A stretch of 28,812 nucleotides of DNA from IMG/VR virus record IMGVR_UViG_3300030107_007295, positions 1 through 28,812 of that record; one strand, written 5' to 3'. Each line of letters opens with the position of its first letter. Positions within the stretch are counted from its first letter, which is position 1. Under the pieces are notes generated by a model that did no database searches, had not been told where the DNA came from, and worked only from the letters and a program-made list of their open reading frames with translations. The stretch is from a virus (taxonomy: Duplodnaviria > Caudoviricetes). The position numbers and the translations under genes are program-made. Positions 9,701 through 17,222 of this stretch are shown here, piece after piece.

Positions 9701-11866
9701 TTAGAACAAGGATAGACTACTAAATAGTGAGTTACGAATTAAAATATCGAAGATATTTTCATCACCCTCTAAAGAACTTAGTGGCGTAGTATACGGTACT
9801 GTTGTTTGACCTGTAGTGTAGTCAATTAAACCATTAAGAATAGTATCATCATATACAGCAGAAAGGGTATAAAAATCGTAAAATTTATCTGTAACTGTAC
9901 TTAAACTGTATGTAGTAGGAAGCACCAAGTCCCATCCCCAATACGCCGCGCTGCTTGTACCAGTAGTTTCTGTAGTAAAACAACTTAATAAGTAAGTATT
10001 AGCATTATTAGATTTTGAATAACCAGGTCCAGCTTGCCCACTTAATGCGCAAAGTGGTTGATATGTGTTTAACCTCACATAGGTATCACTAAATCTTTCA
10101 TATGCTACAAGATCGTTACCTGCTGTAACTTCATATGCTAGTGTATTTTCAATCTTTGGTCCTAGGTTTTTTCCGTAAGTTTGTTTTGTAGTATGACCTT
10201 TAGGGTTGAAATTTTCATCAAATTTATTTTTTGTACCTCTAAATTTATTATAATTAATACTTAAAATATCAAAAAATCTAGCAACAGCTGCTGGTCCTTG
10301 ACCAGCGCTCTCATCATACACAATACCATCCTCACCTACAAGATCTGATAAGTTAATTAATTCATTTACACCGCATAAATCTATATCTGCATTGTTTTGA
10401 GTAAAATTAAATACCTTTTCATATAACTTTTTACCTAGTACATCGTAACTACTACTAACGTTACCAAATATTGTACCTATAAAATCAGTAAAGAAAATAT
10501 CCTTATCAATTAATATTTCCTGAAAACGTAAATCTTTAATTGTTTGCTCGAAGTCAAAATTTTCATTATGTTTATAATAATCATAATAATCTTCCGGGTA
10601 ACATGTTAATGTTATTGACCCGGTATTTGACCCAGTTAAATTTGTGTATATATTTTCATATAGACACTGCGCGCTTAGTATTAATGCTGCAGGATGAGTG
10701 GATAGACTATCATTGAAACTTAATATACCTCTATACCAAAAATCTGTATCAATATCAGATAGTGAATTATTTAAACTAGATATTGTATAATAGCTTTCAT
10801 CCACTGCTTCTCCGTCACTGGATAATAATGCAAATTGAACAGTATCTCTTCCTGCAGAAAGAGCTTTCATAGTATAGTTATCAGAATTTTTTGGAGTAAA
10901 GATAAACGGTATATCTACCTTTTTAAATTGAACTGGACTTACATTAAATGAGCTTATTTCATCACTTTCTGCGGTAATACCATTAGAAGAAAAGACTAAT
11001 TCATTCAATGTCTGACCTGAAGTACCACCTACTAAAGAAGATAGAGTAACAGTAAAATTATTTGTATAATTATTATTTTTATAGCCTGTTATACTATTAG
11101 AAAATATATTGTTTCTATCTTTAAAAAACGATATTGTTATTGGTGTTAATTGATCTTGGGTTTTAAAGTATACTACATCGAGACCTGAGCTACCTACTAA
11201 TACACTTGATAAGCTAGAGCTAAGGCAGTTAACTATTGAACCACTAGATAGTTGTACGTAAATATTTTCAGACGATAAAGAAATTTTTTCAATAGGAACA
11301 TATTCAAATGCTGATAGATATGTAAGATAATTCTTTTCATAGACGCTCCAATAAGACTTTAAATGGTTAAACTTGTCTTTAGTTAAATTAAAATAGTTAT
11401 TCCAATCCGCTGAAGCACTAAAGAATATGTTTTGAAAGTCCTGATAAAACGGTGTTTGTGAATTTATAGTAATAGCTTGACTAAATTCACCAGCAGATAA
11501 ATTTAAGTTTGATTCACCATCACCCCACGTTGCTGTGAATGTATTAGTAAAGTAATCATATATATTTACATCAGTACTATAAGAACCTAAGATTGCGTTA
11601 TTATTACAATCTCTTACTACCATACGAACAGTATATTGACCTGGGTACTCGTATGCATGTGTACTTGATAAATTATGAGCAAAATTACCATCTCCAAAAT
11701 CAAAAGTAGCTTTAAGCTCGTTTAATGGAGTACCTATTTGATCTGTATTAGGTATACGGGCTTTGAACGTTAAGGGTGTTATAGCAAGATTATAAGAAGA
11801 TAAGACTGTATCGCCTCTATAATCTACTACATCAAATGTTGCATAATCTGTTTTAATATTACTCAT
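9701..11866 (-). CDS. PKD-domain baseplate wedge protein, probably gp7/gpI-like in its C-terminal part
   Basis: N-terminal FDFGDG..STHAYEYPGQYTV is a PKD motif. C-terminal DIDLC.VNELINLSDLVG resembles the gpI/gp7 helical motif. Lies directly after gp6 with an 8-nt overlap. Confidence 0.6.
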   Translation of the reverse strand: MSNIKTDYATFDVVDYRGDTVLSSYNLAITPLTFKARIPNTDQIGTPLNELKATFDFGDGNFAHNLSSTHAYEYPGQYTVRMVVRDCNNNAILGSYSTDVNIYDYFTNTFTATWGDGESNLNLSAGEFSQAITINSQTPFYQDFQNIFFSASADWNNYFNLTKDKFNHLKSYWSVYEKNYLTYLSAFEYVPIEKISLSSENIYVQLSSGSIVNCLSSSLSSVLVGSSGLDVVYFKTQDQLTPITISFFKDRNNIFSNSITGYKNNNYTNNFTVTLSSLVGGTSGQTLNELVFSSNGITAESDEISSFNVSPVQFKKVDIPFIFTPKNSDNYTMKALSAGRDTVQFALLSSDGEAVDESYYTISSLNNSLSDIDTDFWYRGILSFNDSLSTHPAALILSAQCLYENIYTNLTGSNTGSITLTCYPEDYYDYYKHNENFDFEQTIKDLRFQEILIDKDIFFTDFIGTIFGNVSSSYDVLGKKLYEKVFNFTQNNADIDLCGVNELINLSDLVGEDGIVYDESAGQGPAAVARFFDILSINYNKFRGTKNKFDENFNPKGHTTKQTYGKNLGPKIENTLAYEVTAGNDLVAYERFSDTYVRLNTYQPLCALSGQAGPGYSKSNNANTYLLSCFTTETTGTSSAAYWGWDLVLPTTYSLSTVTDKFYDFYTLSAVYDDTILNGLIDYTTGQTTVPYTTPLSSLEGDENIFDILIRNSLFSSLSLF

Positions 11867-13694
11867 CTATTACCTTTATACGCTTAGCTACCGAAAGTGG
11901 TGAATATAAGTATGGAAACTTAAAATATGGAAGTGTTAAGTTTTGATTAACTAAACTAATATCGCTTTGCTCGTATAACGGGTTAAATGAAAGAAAAGAA
12001 ATAGTTTCTATACTACTACCATCTTTTTCATTTTTTGTATATATGTTCCTTACCCCTTCTATAGCGAGAAGATCTCTCATTAATTCATTAAGAGATAAAT
12101 TTTGTCCTAATTTATTGTTTTCAGGAGCAAAGAAAGCTTTAATTTTACTAGCAATTCTCGACTTAATAGTCTCTTTATTTATTTTATTATTAGCTTCCCG
12201 TACAGCATAAAGACATGTGTTGTTAAGTATATCTAAATTTAATGTTGAGGAATTACTCATTCCAAGACCAAATGCCATGTAAATAGGGTCTCTTGGGACA
12301 ACAGTATTTGACAATATTTTTCTTTCATTTGTCTGCTCTATAAGCAAATTTTTGAAAGAATTGCTCAAAAATGGAGGATACGATTCATCCTGTATTGGTG
12401 TAAATTTTGGTACAACAAAGACGTTTATATTATTAAAATCACAAGCATCAGCAAAATTTATCTGGTTTACAATGACTCGGTTGACTTTATTTGGATCAAC
12501 ACACATATCATAAAAGTATTTTATATAGCCATTTAAATAAGAATTATTATCTACAACATCAACACTATTAACGACATTAGCTAAATTTTTATTAATAAAG
12601 CTTTCATAATCTTCTTCTGTTACGAGTCTTAACTGAGATGAAAATACCTTTGGTGCATTTTGTCTTATTTGATCTACAGTCTCGGCATCAGACAACGACG
12701 TTGAAGCTTGAGGGTTATTAATATTAAGATACGAGCTGTTAGTTATATCAATAAAAGTAGTCTCATCTTTATTAGGGTATGTATCATTAAAGATAGCACG
12801 TTGACGTGGAGAATCGTACACAAATAACTTATCCCCATTAATTGTGTTTTTACTAATGATACCACCAACATTATCAGACTGTAAGTAATTAACAGAGACT
12901 GTATCCCCCTCTTTTAACGTTTTTCCAAATACCCCATTACCAAATTTAACTTCATAAAAACCATCTTCATTCAATCTAAGCTCGTAAACCCTATCAACAG
13001 ATTTAGTTAAATATAAGCTATCGACTTCGCTGTATTCATAATACGTATTTGTATCTATCTCTTTTACATAAACGCTAATCGTATCTTCTGCAATAAATTT
13101 TTCAGTATTTGTATCAACAATGTTTTTTACAACTACAGGTAATGTTTCGAAATCTTCCCCCTGTGCTTTATAATCTGGATATTCCTTAATACTACCTTGA
13201 TATAACACAACTGTATCATTTAATGTTTGAATAGTTTCATTATTGGAAATATTTTTATTAAAAGAAAAGTCCTTGTTAAAGGTGTATTGTATTCCATTTG
13301 CTAAAAAATATGAATACTTACGTATAGTGTAATTACCTGTTGGCATTGTTGATGAACCAACAGCGTTTATCGGGACTATTGAAGTCTGCTTACCAACAGG
13401 CTTATAACCTATTAGTTTTACAATCTTATTCATGTTCTCGTATAGAGTAGCTTGATCAAAATTTACCTCAGAAGCAGTTGTGTTTAAGTAAAATAGTAAT
13501 ACATGGTATGAATAAGCTATTATATCTATAATAGCAGCAAGATTACTACCATCAAAATTTTGGTCAGTAAACTTTTCATTTTCATTTAACCTATTGATAA
13601 TGTACTCCTTAAGAGTAACCGCATCAAACGCTACATATGCATCTTGCGGGAGATTAAAATCTAAAAATTTGTTTGTTGTATCGTTCGTTGGCAT
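11859..13694 (-). CDS. gp6: Baseplate wedge subunit, T4 gp6-like
   Basis: FTDQNFDGSNLAAIIDIIAY..H...FY.N, K.IGYKP, YEVKFGNGVFGK and ETVDQIRQNAPK.FSSQ.R.VTEEDY are gp6/gpJ motifs. Follows gp25. Confidence 0.9.
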   Translation of the reverse strand: MPTNDTTNKFLDFNLPQDAYVAFDAVTLKEYIINRLNENEKFTDQNFDGSNLAAIIDIIAYSYHVLLFYLNTTASEVNFDQATLYENMNKIVKLIGYKPVGKQTSIVPINAVGSSTMPTGNYTIRKYSYFLANGIQYTFNKDFSFNKNISNNETIQTLNDTVVLYQGSIKEYPDYKAQGEDFETLPVVVKNIVDTNTEKFIAEDTISVYVKEIDTNTYYEYSEVDSLYLTKSVDRVYELRLNEDGFYEVKFGNGVFGKTLKEGDTVSVNYLQSDNVGGIISKNTINGDKLFVYDSPRQRAIFNDTYPNKDETTFIDITNSSYLNINNPQASTSLSDAETVDQIRQNAPKVFSSQLRLVTEEDYESFINKNLANVVNSVDVVDNNSYLNGYIKYFYDMCVDPNKVNRVIVNQINFADACDFNNINVFVVPKFTPIQDESYPPFLSNSFKNLLIEQTNERKILSNTVVPRDPIYMAFGLGMSNSSTLNLDILNNTCLYAVREANNKINKETIKSRIASKIKAFFAPENNKLGQNLSLNELMRDLLAIEGVRNIYTKNEKDGSSIETISFLSFNPLYEQSDISLVNQNLTLPYFKFPYLYSPLSVAKRIKVIDE

Positions 13695-13696
13695 AA

Positions 13697-14185
13697 TTAA
13701 AGTACAAAATATCCGTTATTATTTAATAGTGATTGAAGTGAGAGTCCATAGATGTTTAAAGAAGGTACATTTATTTGTAAAGTAATATAATATTCATGTT
13801 GATCAGGAATAGGTCTAACACTTACCCCTTCAAGTTGAACTCTTGGCTCTTGATCTGGTAGTTTGTTTTGAATATCATCTTGAATTTGAAACGCGTTAAA
13901 ATCATTTACTTGTTCAAAAAGATAACGTCTCAAATCTAAACCAAATTCCGGACTTAATATTTTTTGCCCAGGTGCTGTTAGAAAAATATTTGTTATACTA
14001 TTCTTAATAGCTTGCTCGTCAAATGATGCTTGCACATCTCTAAGTATTACCTTTTTATTAAGTTGTCCATTATAATAGACAGAAGGTGTTATGTCTAAAA
14101 ATAGATCTTTATACAGGTATCCTTGCTCTAGAGAAGCGTTATCTAGATTATCTACAGAGGTATCAGTTAACTTAATAAGAGCCAT
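13697..14185 (-). CDS. gp25: Baseplate wedge subunit / sheath initiator, T4 gp25-like
   Basis: YKDL..D.QAIKNSITNIFLT.PG.K...PEFG.DL..YLFE..EPRV motif of the GPW/gp25 family. Confidence 0.9.
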   Translation of the reverse strand: MALIKLTDTSVDNLDNASLEQGYLYKDLFLDITPSVYYNGQLNKKVILRDVQASFDEQAIKNSITNIFLTAPGQKILSPEFGLDLRRYLFEQVNDFNAFQIQDDIQNKLPDQEPRVQLEGVSVRPIPDQHEYYITLQINVPSLNIYGLSLQSLLNNNGYFVL

Positions 14186-14191
14186 TTATAA

Positions 14192-14197
14192 TATTTA
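14192..14197 (-). promoter_or_regulatory. Late promoter core TAAATA, 6 nt before ATG 14185
   Basis: Minus strand reads ATTAAATA-TTATAA-ATG. Confidence 0.75.
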
Positions 14198-14228
14198 ATA
14201 CCACAGTGGTAAATCGAGATCAAGGAAC

Positions 14229-14239
14229 TATAATATAAT
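14229..14239 (+). promoter_or_regulatory. Tandem sigma70-type -10 boxes (TATAAT at 14229 and 14234); the second ends 6 nt before ATG 14246
   Basis: TATAATATAAT-TATAGT-ATG. No convincing -35 box. Confidence 0.5.
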
Positions 14240-14245
14240 TATAGT

Positions 14246-14527
14246 ATGCGTGTTAAAGGTAAAACTGATATTAATGTAGAAATTACCCCAACTGAATTTA
14301 TTTCAGCTCTTAAGAGTGAAGTATACTCAAAGCTCAAGCTACCTAAGCCTATTGAAGGCGAGGTATATGTAAAGGGGGATAAGTGGAAACCTAAGAGATG
14401 GGAACTTAAGACCATTGCGCATACAACTCATTCGTTTGAAATTGAAAATGATCTCGGACCAGCCAAAGATGAAGATGTACAAGTATTTGAGGCGTTTCAC
14501 ACTATAGCAGAGTTTCTTAAAGATTAA
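14246..14527 (+). CDS. Hypothetical protein (93 aa), possibly early-expressed
   Basis: Fills the gap between the divergent gp25 gene and the next ORF, with TATAAT upstream. No family recognised. Confidence 0.6.
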   Translation: MRVKGKTDINVEITPTEFISALKSEVYSKLKLPKPIEGEVYVKGDKWKPKRWELKTIAHTTHSFEIENDLGPAKDEDVQVFEAFHTIAEFLKD

Positions 14528-14561
14528 GTTATGCGATACCGTGTGATTATTTGCAAGTCTG

Positions 14562-14569
14562 TATAAATA
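14562..14569 (+). promoter_or_regulatory. T4-type late promoter TATAAATA, 5 nt before ATG 14575
   Basis: TATAAATA-ATAAT-ATG. Confidence 0.8.
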
Positions 14570-14574
14570 ATAAT

Positions 14575-15129
14575 ATGGCAGGTAAAAAATTTGTTAATTT
14601 ACATGAATCTTATATGAGAAGATATGAACGTGGGGGTTTCCTTGTTGGGGATGTTTTCAAGTTTAATGATGATTATAAGAGTACAGATAGCTATAAAGAG
14701 CTTGGCAACGCAACGCAGGGGTTAATTACAAAATTAATCGATTCAGGATTACATATTCGAATAACTGATATTAAAGATACAGAGCCGGCTCGTTACCCAG
14801 CAAATCCACAAACTTCTTCTCTAGATGTTGTTTTAAATTTAGCGCTTGATCAAGGAGGTGGTCGTTATTCAGATCACGTATCAGTACCAGGTTGTCTAGG
14901 TCAAGCAGTAGAATTCTATCCAAACCTTCTTCCCATACCAGATGCTATGCGTAGAAAGAGCGATGTTAACATAAAGCCGGAAGAAGCAGAAGAAACAACA
15001 GCTCCCGGAGCAGTAGAAAACCCTGTTAGGGAGTTACCAAAACAGAATACAGAAATTCCCTGCGATCCAGCTACACCATCACCAGCTGTTGCATCATATA
15101 CTAATCAGTATTTAAGTGACTTAAGATAG
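14575..15129 (+). CDS. Hypothetical late protein (184 aa; start corrected from TTG 14551 to ATG 14575)
   Basis: The track's N-terminal MQVCINNN is the translated promoter. The ATG at 14575 fits the window-wide motif spacing. Pro/Glu-rich C-terminus. Confidence 0.7.
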   Translation: MAGKKFVNLHESYMRRYERGGFLVGDVFKFNDDYKSTDSYKELGNATQGLITKLIDSGLHIRITDIKDTEPARYPANPQTSSLDVVLNLALDQGGGRYSDHVSVPGCLGQAVEFYPNLLPIPDAMRRKSDVNIKPEEAEETTAPGAVENPVRELPKQNTEIPCDPATPSPAVASYTNQYLSDLR

Positions 15130-15132
15130 AAG

Positions 15133-15570
15133 TTAAACGTCAATAACTTCACTCTCATCTACAAGAGCTTTCATTATATCATCTCGTGATAATAATATCT
15201 GTGTTTGATTGTCAGCAATATTAATACGCTCTCTGCTCTCTACATCAAGTTTCTTTACTTCTAACTGCGTTTCATTTCTTTCTTTTGCAGTATGAAGCTT
15301 ATTTAACGTTTCTATAGCAGATGATGATGCTTTAATTAATTCAGCTAAAGCTGCAACATCACGATTTTCTGGAGCTGATGAAATATAATCATTAACGTTA
15401 TCTACGATGCTTAATGATTTTTTAATAAGTTTACCAGAATTTTGAATAAGAAAATCTTCTAAGTCCTCTTTATTAAGAACACTTTCATCAACAGGTGTTC
15501 TAGCGACTTTATTATTTTGCTTCAATTGTGATATAATATCGTTAACTGCCTCGTCTAATTCCTCAGCCAT
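15133..15570 (-). CDS. Putative terminase small subunit (T4 gp16-like)
   Basis: 145-aa helical protein with PENRDVAALAELIKASSSAIETLNKLH and a C-terminal SRDDIMKAL, resembling the PRAYEV...LIK....KL..L and ST.EL.K.L segments of T4-like TerS. Late motif upstream. Confidence 0.6.
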   Translation of the reverse strand: MAEELDEAVNDIISQLKQNNKVARTPVDESVLNKEDLEDFLIQNSGKLIKKSLSIVDNVNDYISSAPENRDVAALAELIKASSSAIETLNKLHTAKERNETQLEVKKLDVESRERINIADNQTQILLSRDDIMKALVDESEVIDV

Positions 15571-15575
15571 ACGTA

Positions 15576-15581
15576 TATTTA
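15576..15581 (-). promoter_or_regulatory. Late promoter core TAAATA, 5 nt before ATG 15570
   Basis: Minus strand reads ATTAAATA-TACGT-ATG. Confidence 0.75.
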
Positions 15582-15589
15582 ATCTATAC

Positions 15590-15617
15590 TTGAATTTTTT
15601 ACAATATACCTTATTAT
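15590..15617 (+). promoter_or_regulatory. sigma70-like promoter TTGAAT-N16-TATTAT, 6 nt before the dUTPase ATG
   Basis: TTGAAT at 15590-15595, TATTAT at 15612-15617, ATG at 15624. Confidence 0.55.
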
Positions 15618-15623
15618 AGTTAT

Positions 15624-16046
15624 ATGGTTATCAAGTTTAAGAAAACTAATGACAAGGCTGTTATCCCTTATAAGAACAATGATAGTGATACTGGACTAGA
15701 CGTAACATCAGTTGAAGATAAATTAATACCTGCACGTGGCTCCGCTGTAGTAGATGTTGGTTTAAAATTTGCGTATATTGATGTTGGTTTCTGGGTAAAG
15801 GTAGAAGGTCGTTCAGGTCTAGGATTCAAGCATGGTATTATACCTCACCCGGGTATTATCGATCAGGAGTATCGTGGCGATGCTGGTATTAAATTGTATA
15901 ATAATACTGATAAAGACTACGAAGTTAAAGCTGGTGATAGAATTGCACAGTTTGTAATTTATAGAAATTATACTGTAGAAGTATCAGAAGGAACTATCGT
16001 ACAATCTAAGAGAGGTGAAAAAGGCTTTGGTTCATCTGGTAATTAA
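15624..16046 (+). CDS. dut: Trimeric dUTPase
   Basis: All five motifs are present: TGLD, GRSGLG, GIIDQEYRG, GDRIAQ, RGEKGFGSSG. Confidence 0.97.
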   Translation: MVIKFKKTNDKAVIPYKNNDSDTGLDVTSVEDKLIPARGSAVVDVGLKFAYIDVGFWVKVEGRSGLGFKHGIIPHPGIIDQEYRGDAGIKLYNNTDKDYEVKAGDRIAQFVIYRNYTVEVSEGTIVQSKRGEKGFGSSGN

Positions 16047-16048
16047 TT

Positions 16049-16975
16049 ATGGTTGATTTTGATAAAATTTGGGTTGAAAAATATCGTCCTGTAACGCTTA
16101 ATGATATTATTCTAGATAAGAGAACGCTAAGTGTTATAAAAGAGTTTAAAAATGAAATACCTAATCTTCTGTTTGTTGGTAATCCCGGTACTGGTAAGAC
16201 CACGCTTGCAAGAGTTATTGTTAACGATATACTCGGATGTAATTATCTTTATATTAATGCTTCTGATGAGTCTGGTATCGATACAATCAGACATAATATT
16301 ACTAATTTTGCTCAAACTAAATCATTTGATGGTGGGGTTAAGGTAGTTATCTTAGATGAGGCTGATGGATTAACTACTAACGCGCAAGGCGCTTTACGTA
16401 ATACTATGGAAACCTATGCTAAGTACTGCAGATTTATTCTTACTGCAAATTACAAGCATAAAATTATTCCTGCATTGCAATCTAGATGTCAGTCATTAGA
16501 TATTAAGCCGGTAGTAGAGCTAGCAGTTAAGAGATGTTATAATATTCTAAAAAATGAAAATATTAAGATTGCTGAAGAACAGAAGAAAAAATTTATCCAA
16601 CTCGTTAAACGTCACTTCCCCGATTTACGGAAAACAATTAACGAACTACAAAAGAACATTATTGATTCAGAGTTGTGTATTAGTAGCGTTAATAGCGATA
16701 ACGAGCTGCTCGAAGCGCTTTATAAAAAAATAGCATCAAAGCAATGTTTAGAAGCTAGAAAGTATCTAATCGAAAATGAAGATAGATTTCAAGGTGACTA
16801 CGATACATTACTAGCTAATTATTTAGATTTTATATATAATTCCAATCTTGCAGATGTAAAAAAGAAAGAGACGATTGCAATTATTGCAGACCATCTTTAT
16901 AAGAGCGCTTTTGTTGTTGATAAAGAGATTAATGCATTTGCATGCTTAGTAAATTTAGAAAATGCCTTACATTAG
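16049..16975 (+). CDS. gp44: Sliding clamp loader ATPase subunit (T4 gp44 / RFC small subunit family)
   Basis: WVEKYRP, Walker A GNPGTGKTT, INASDESGID.IR, Walker B ILDEADGL, SRC motif, FPDLRKTINELQ, C-terminal DKEIN. Confidence 0.95.
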   Translation: MVDFDKIWVEKYRPVTLNDIILDKRTLSVIKEFKNEIPNLLFVGNPGTGKTTLARVIVNDILGCNYLYINASDESGIDTIRHNITNFAQTKSFDGGVKVVILDEADGLTTNAQGALRNTMETYAKYCRFILTANYKHKIIPALQSRCQSLDIKPVVELAVKRCYNILKNENIKIAEEQKKKFIQLVKRHFPDLRKTINELQKNIIDSELCISSVNSDNELLEALYKKIASKQCLEARKYLIENEDRFQGDYDTLLANYLDFIYNSNLADVKKKETIAIIADHLYKSAFVVDKEINAFACLVNLENALH

Positions 16976-17222
16976 ACCCGAGCAAAGAAAAGACGTAACA
17001 GAGTCACTTAACTCTGTTGGAATAAACTATGTACCTAAAAACGCCGGTGAGCTCAACTACGTGGTTACAGTTTTTATTGATAATTACCTTAGAGCATTTG
17101 GAAAAAATTATGCTAACTGTAATGAAATGATAGGAGCATTAGAGTGCTGTAAAATGGAATACTATAGAACAGTAGTAGGCCCTTATGAAGATATGAAGAT
17201 TGATGAAAACGGGGACGTTTAA
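16962..17222 (+). CDS. Conserved small phage protein of unknown function (from memory DUF6899-like)
   Basis: MPYI..GELNY..Y...NE.IGALECCK.EYYR..V.PYED.KI.ENGDV is a pattern I recognise from other phages. 14-nt overlap with gp44. Confidence 0.7.
   Translation: MPYIRPEQRKDVTESLNSVGINYVPKNAGELNYVVTVFIDNYLRAFGKNYANCNEMIGALECCKMEYYRTVVGPYEDMKIDENGDV

Noticed and set aside
14222-14226. AAGGA as a Shine-Dalgarno site for ORF 14246
   Set aside because: It is 19 nt from the ATG and upstream of the TATAAT boxes, too far for normal SD spacing.
14198-14550. ATACC..GTG similarity on both sides of ORF 14246 as insertion-site repeats
   Set aside because: Only a short, gapped match, compatible with chance.
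14551-14574. TTG start given by the ORF track
   Set aside because: This stretch contains the TATAAATA promoter; ATG 14575 fits the shared spacing.
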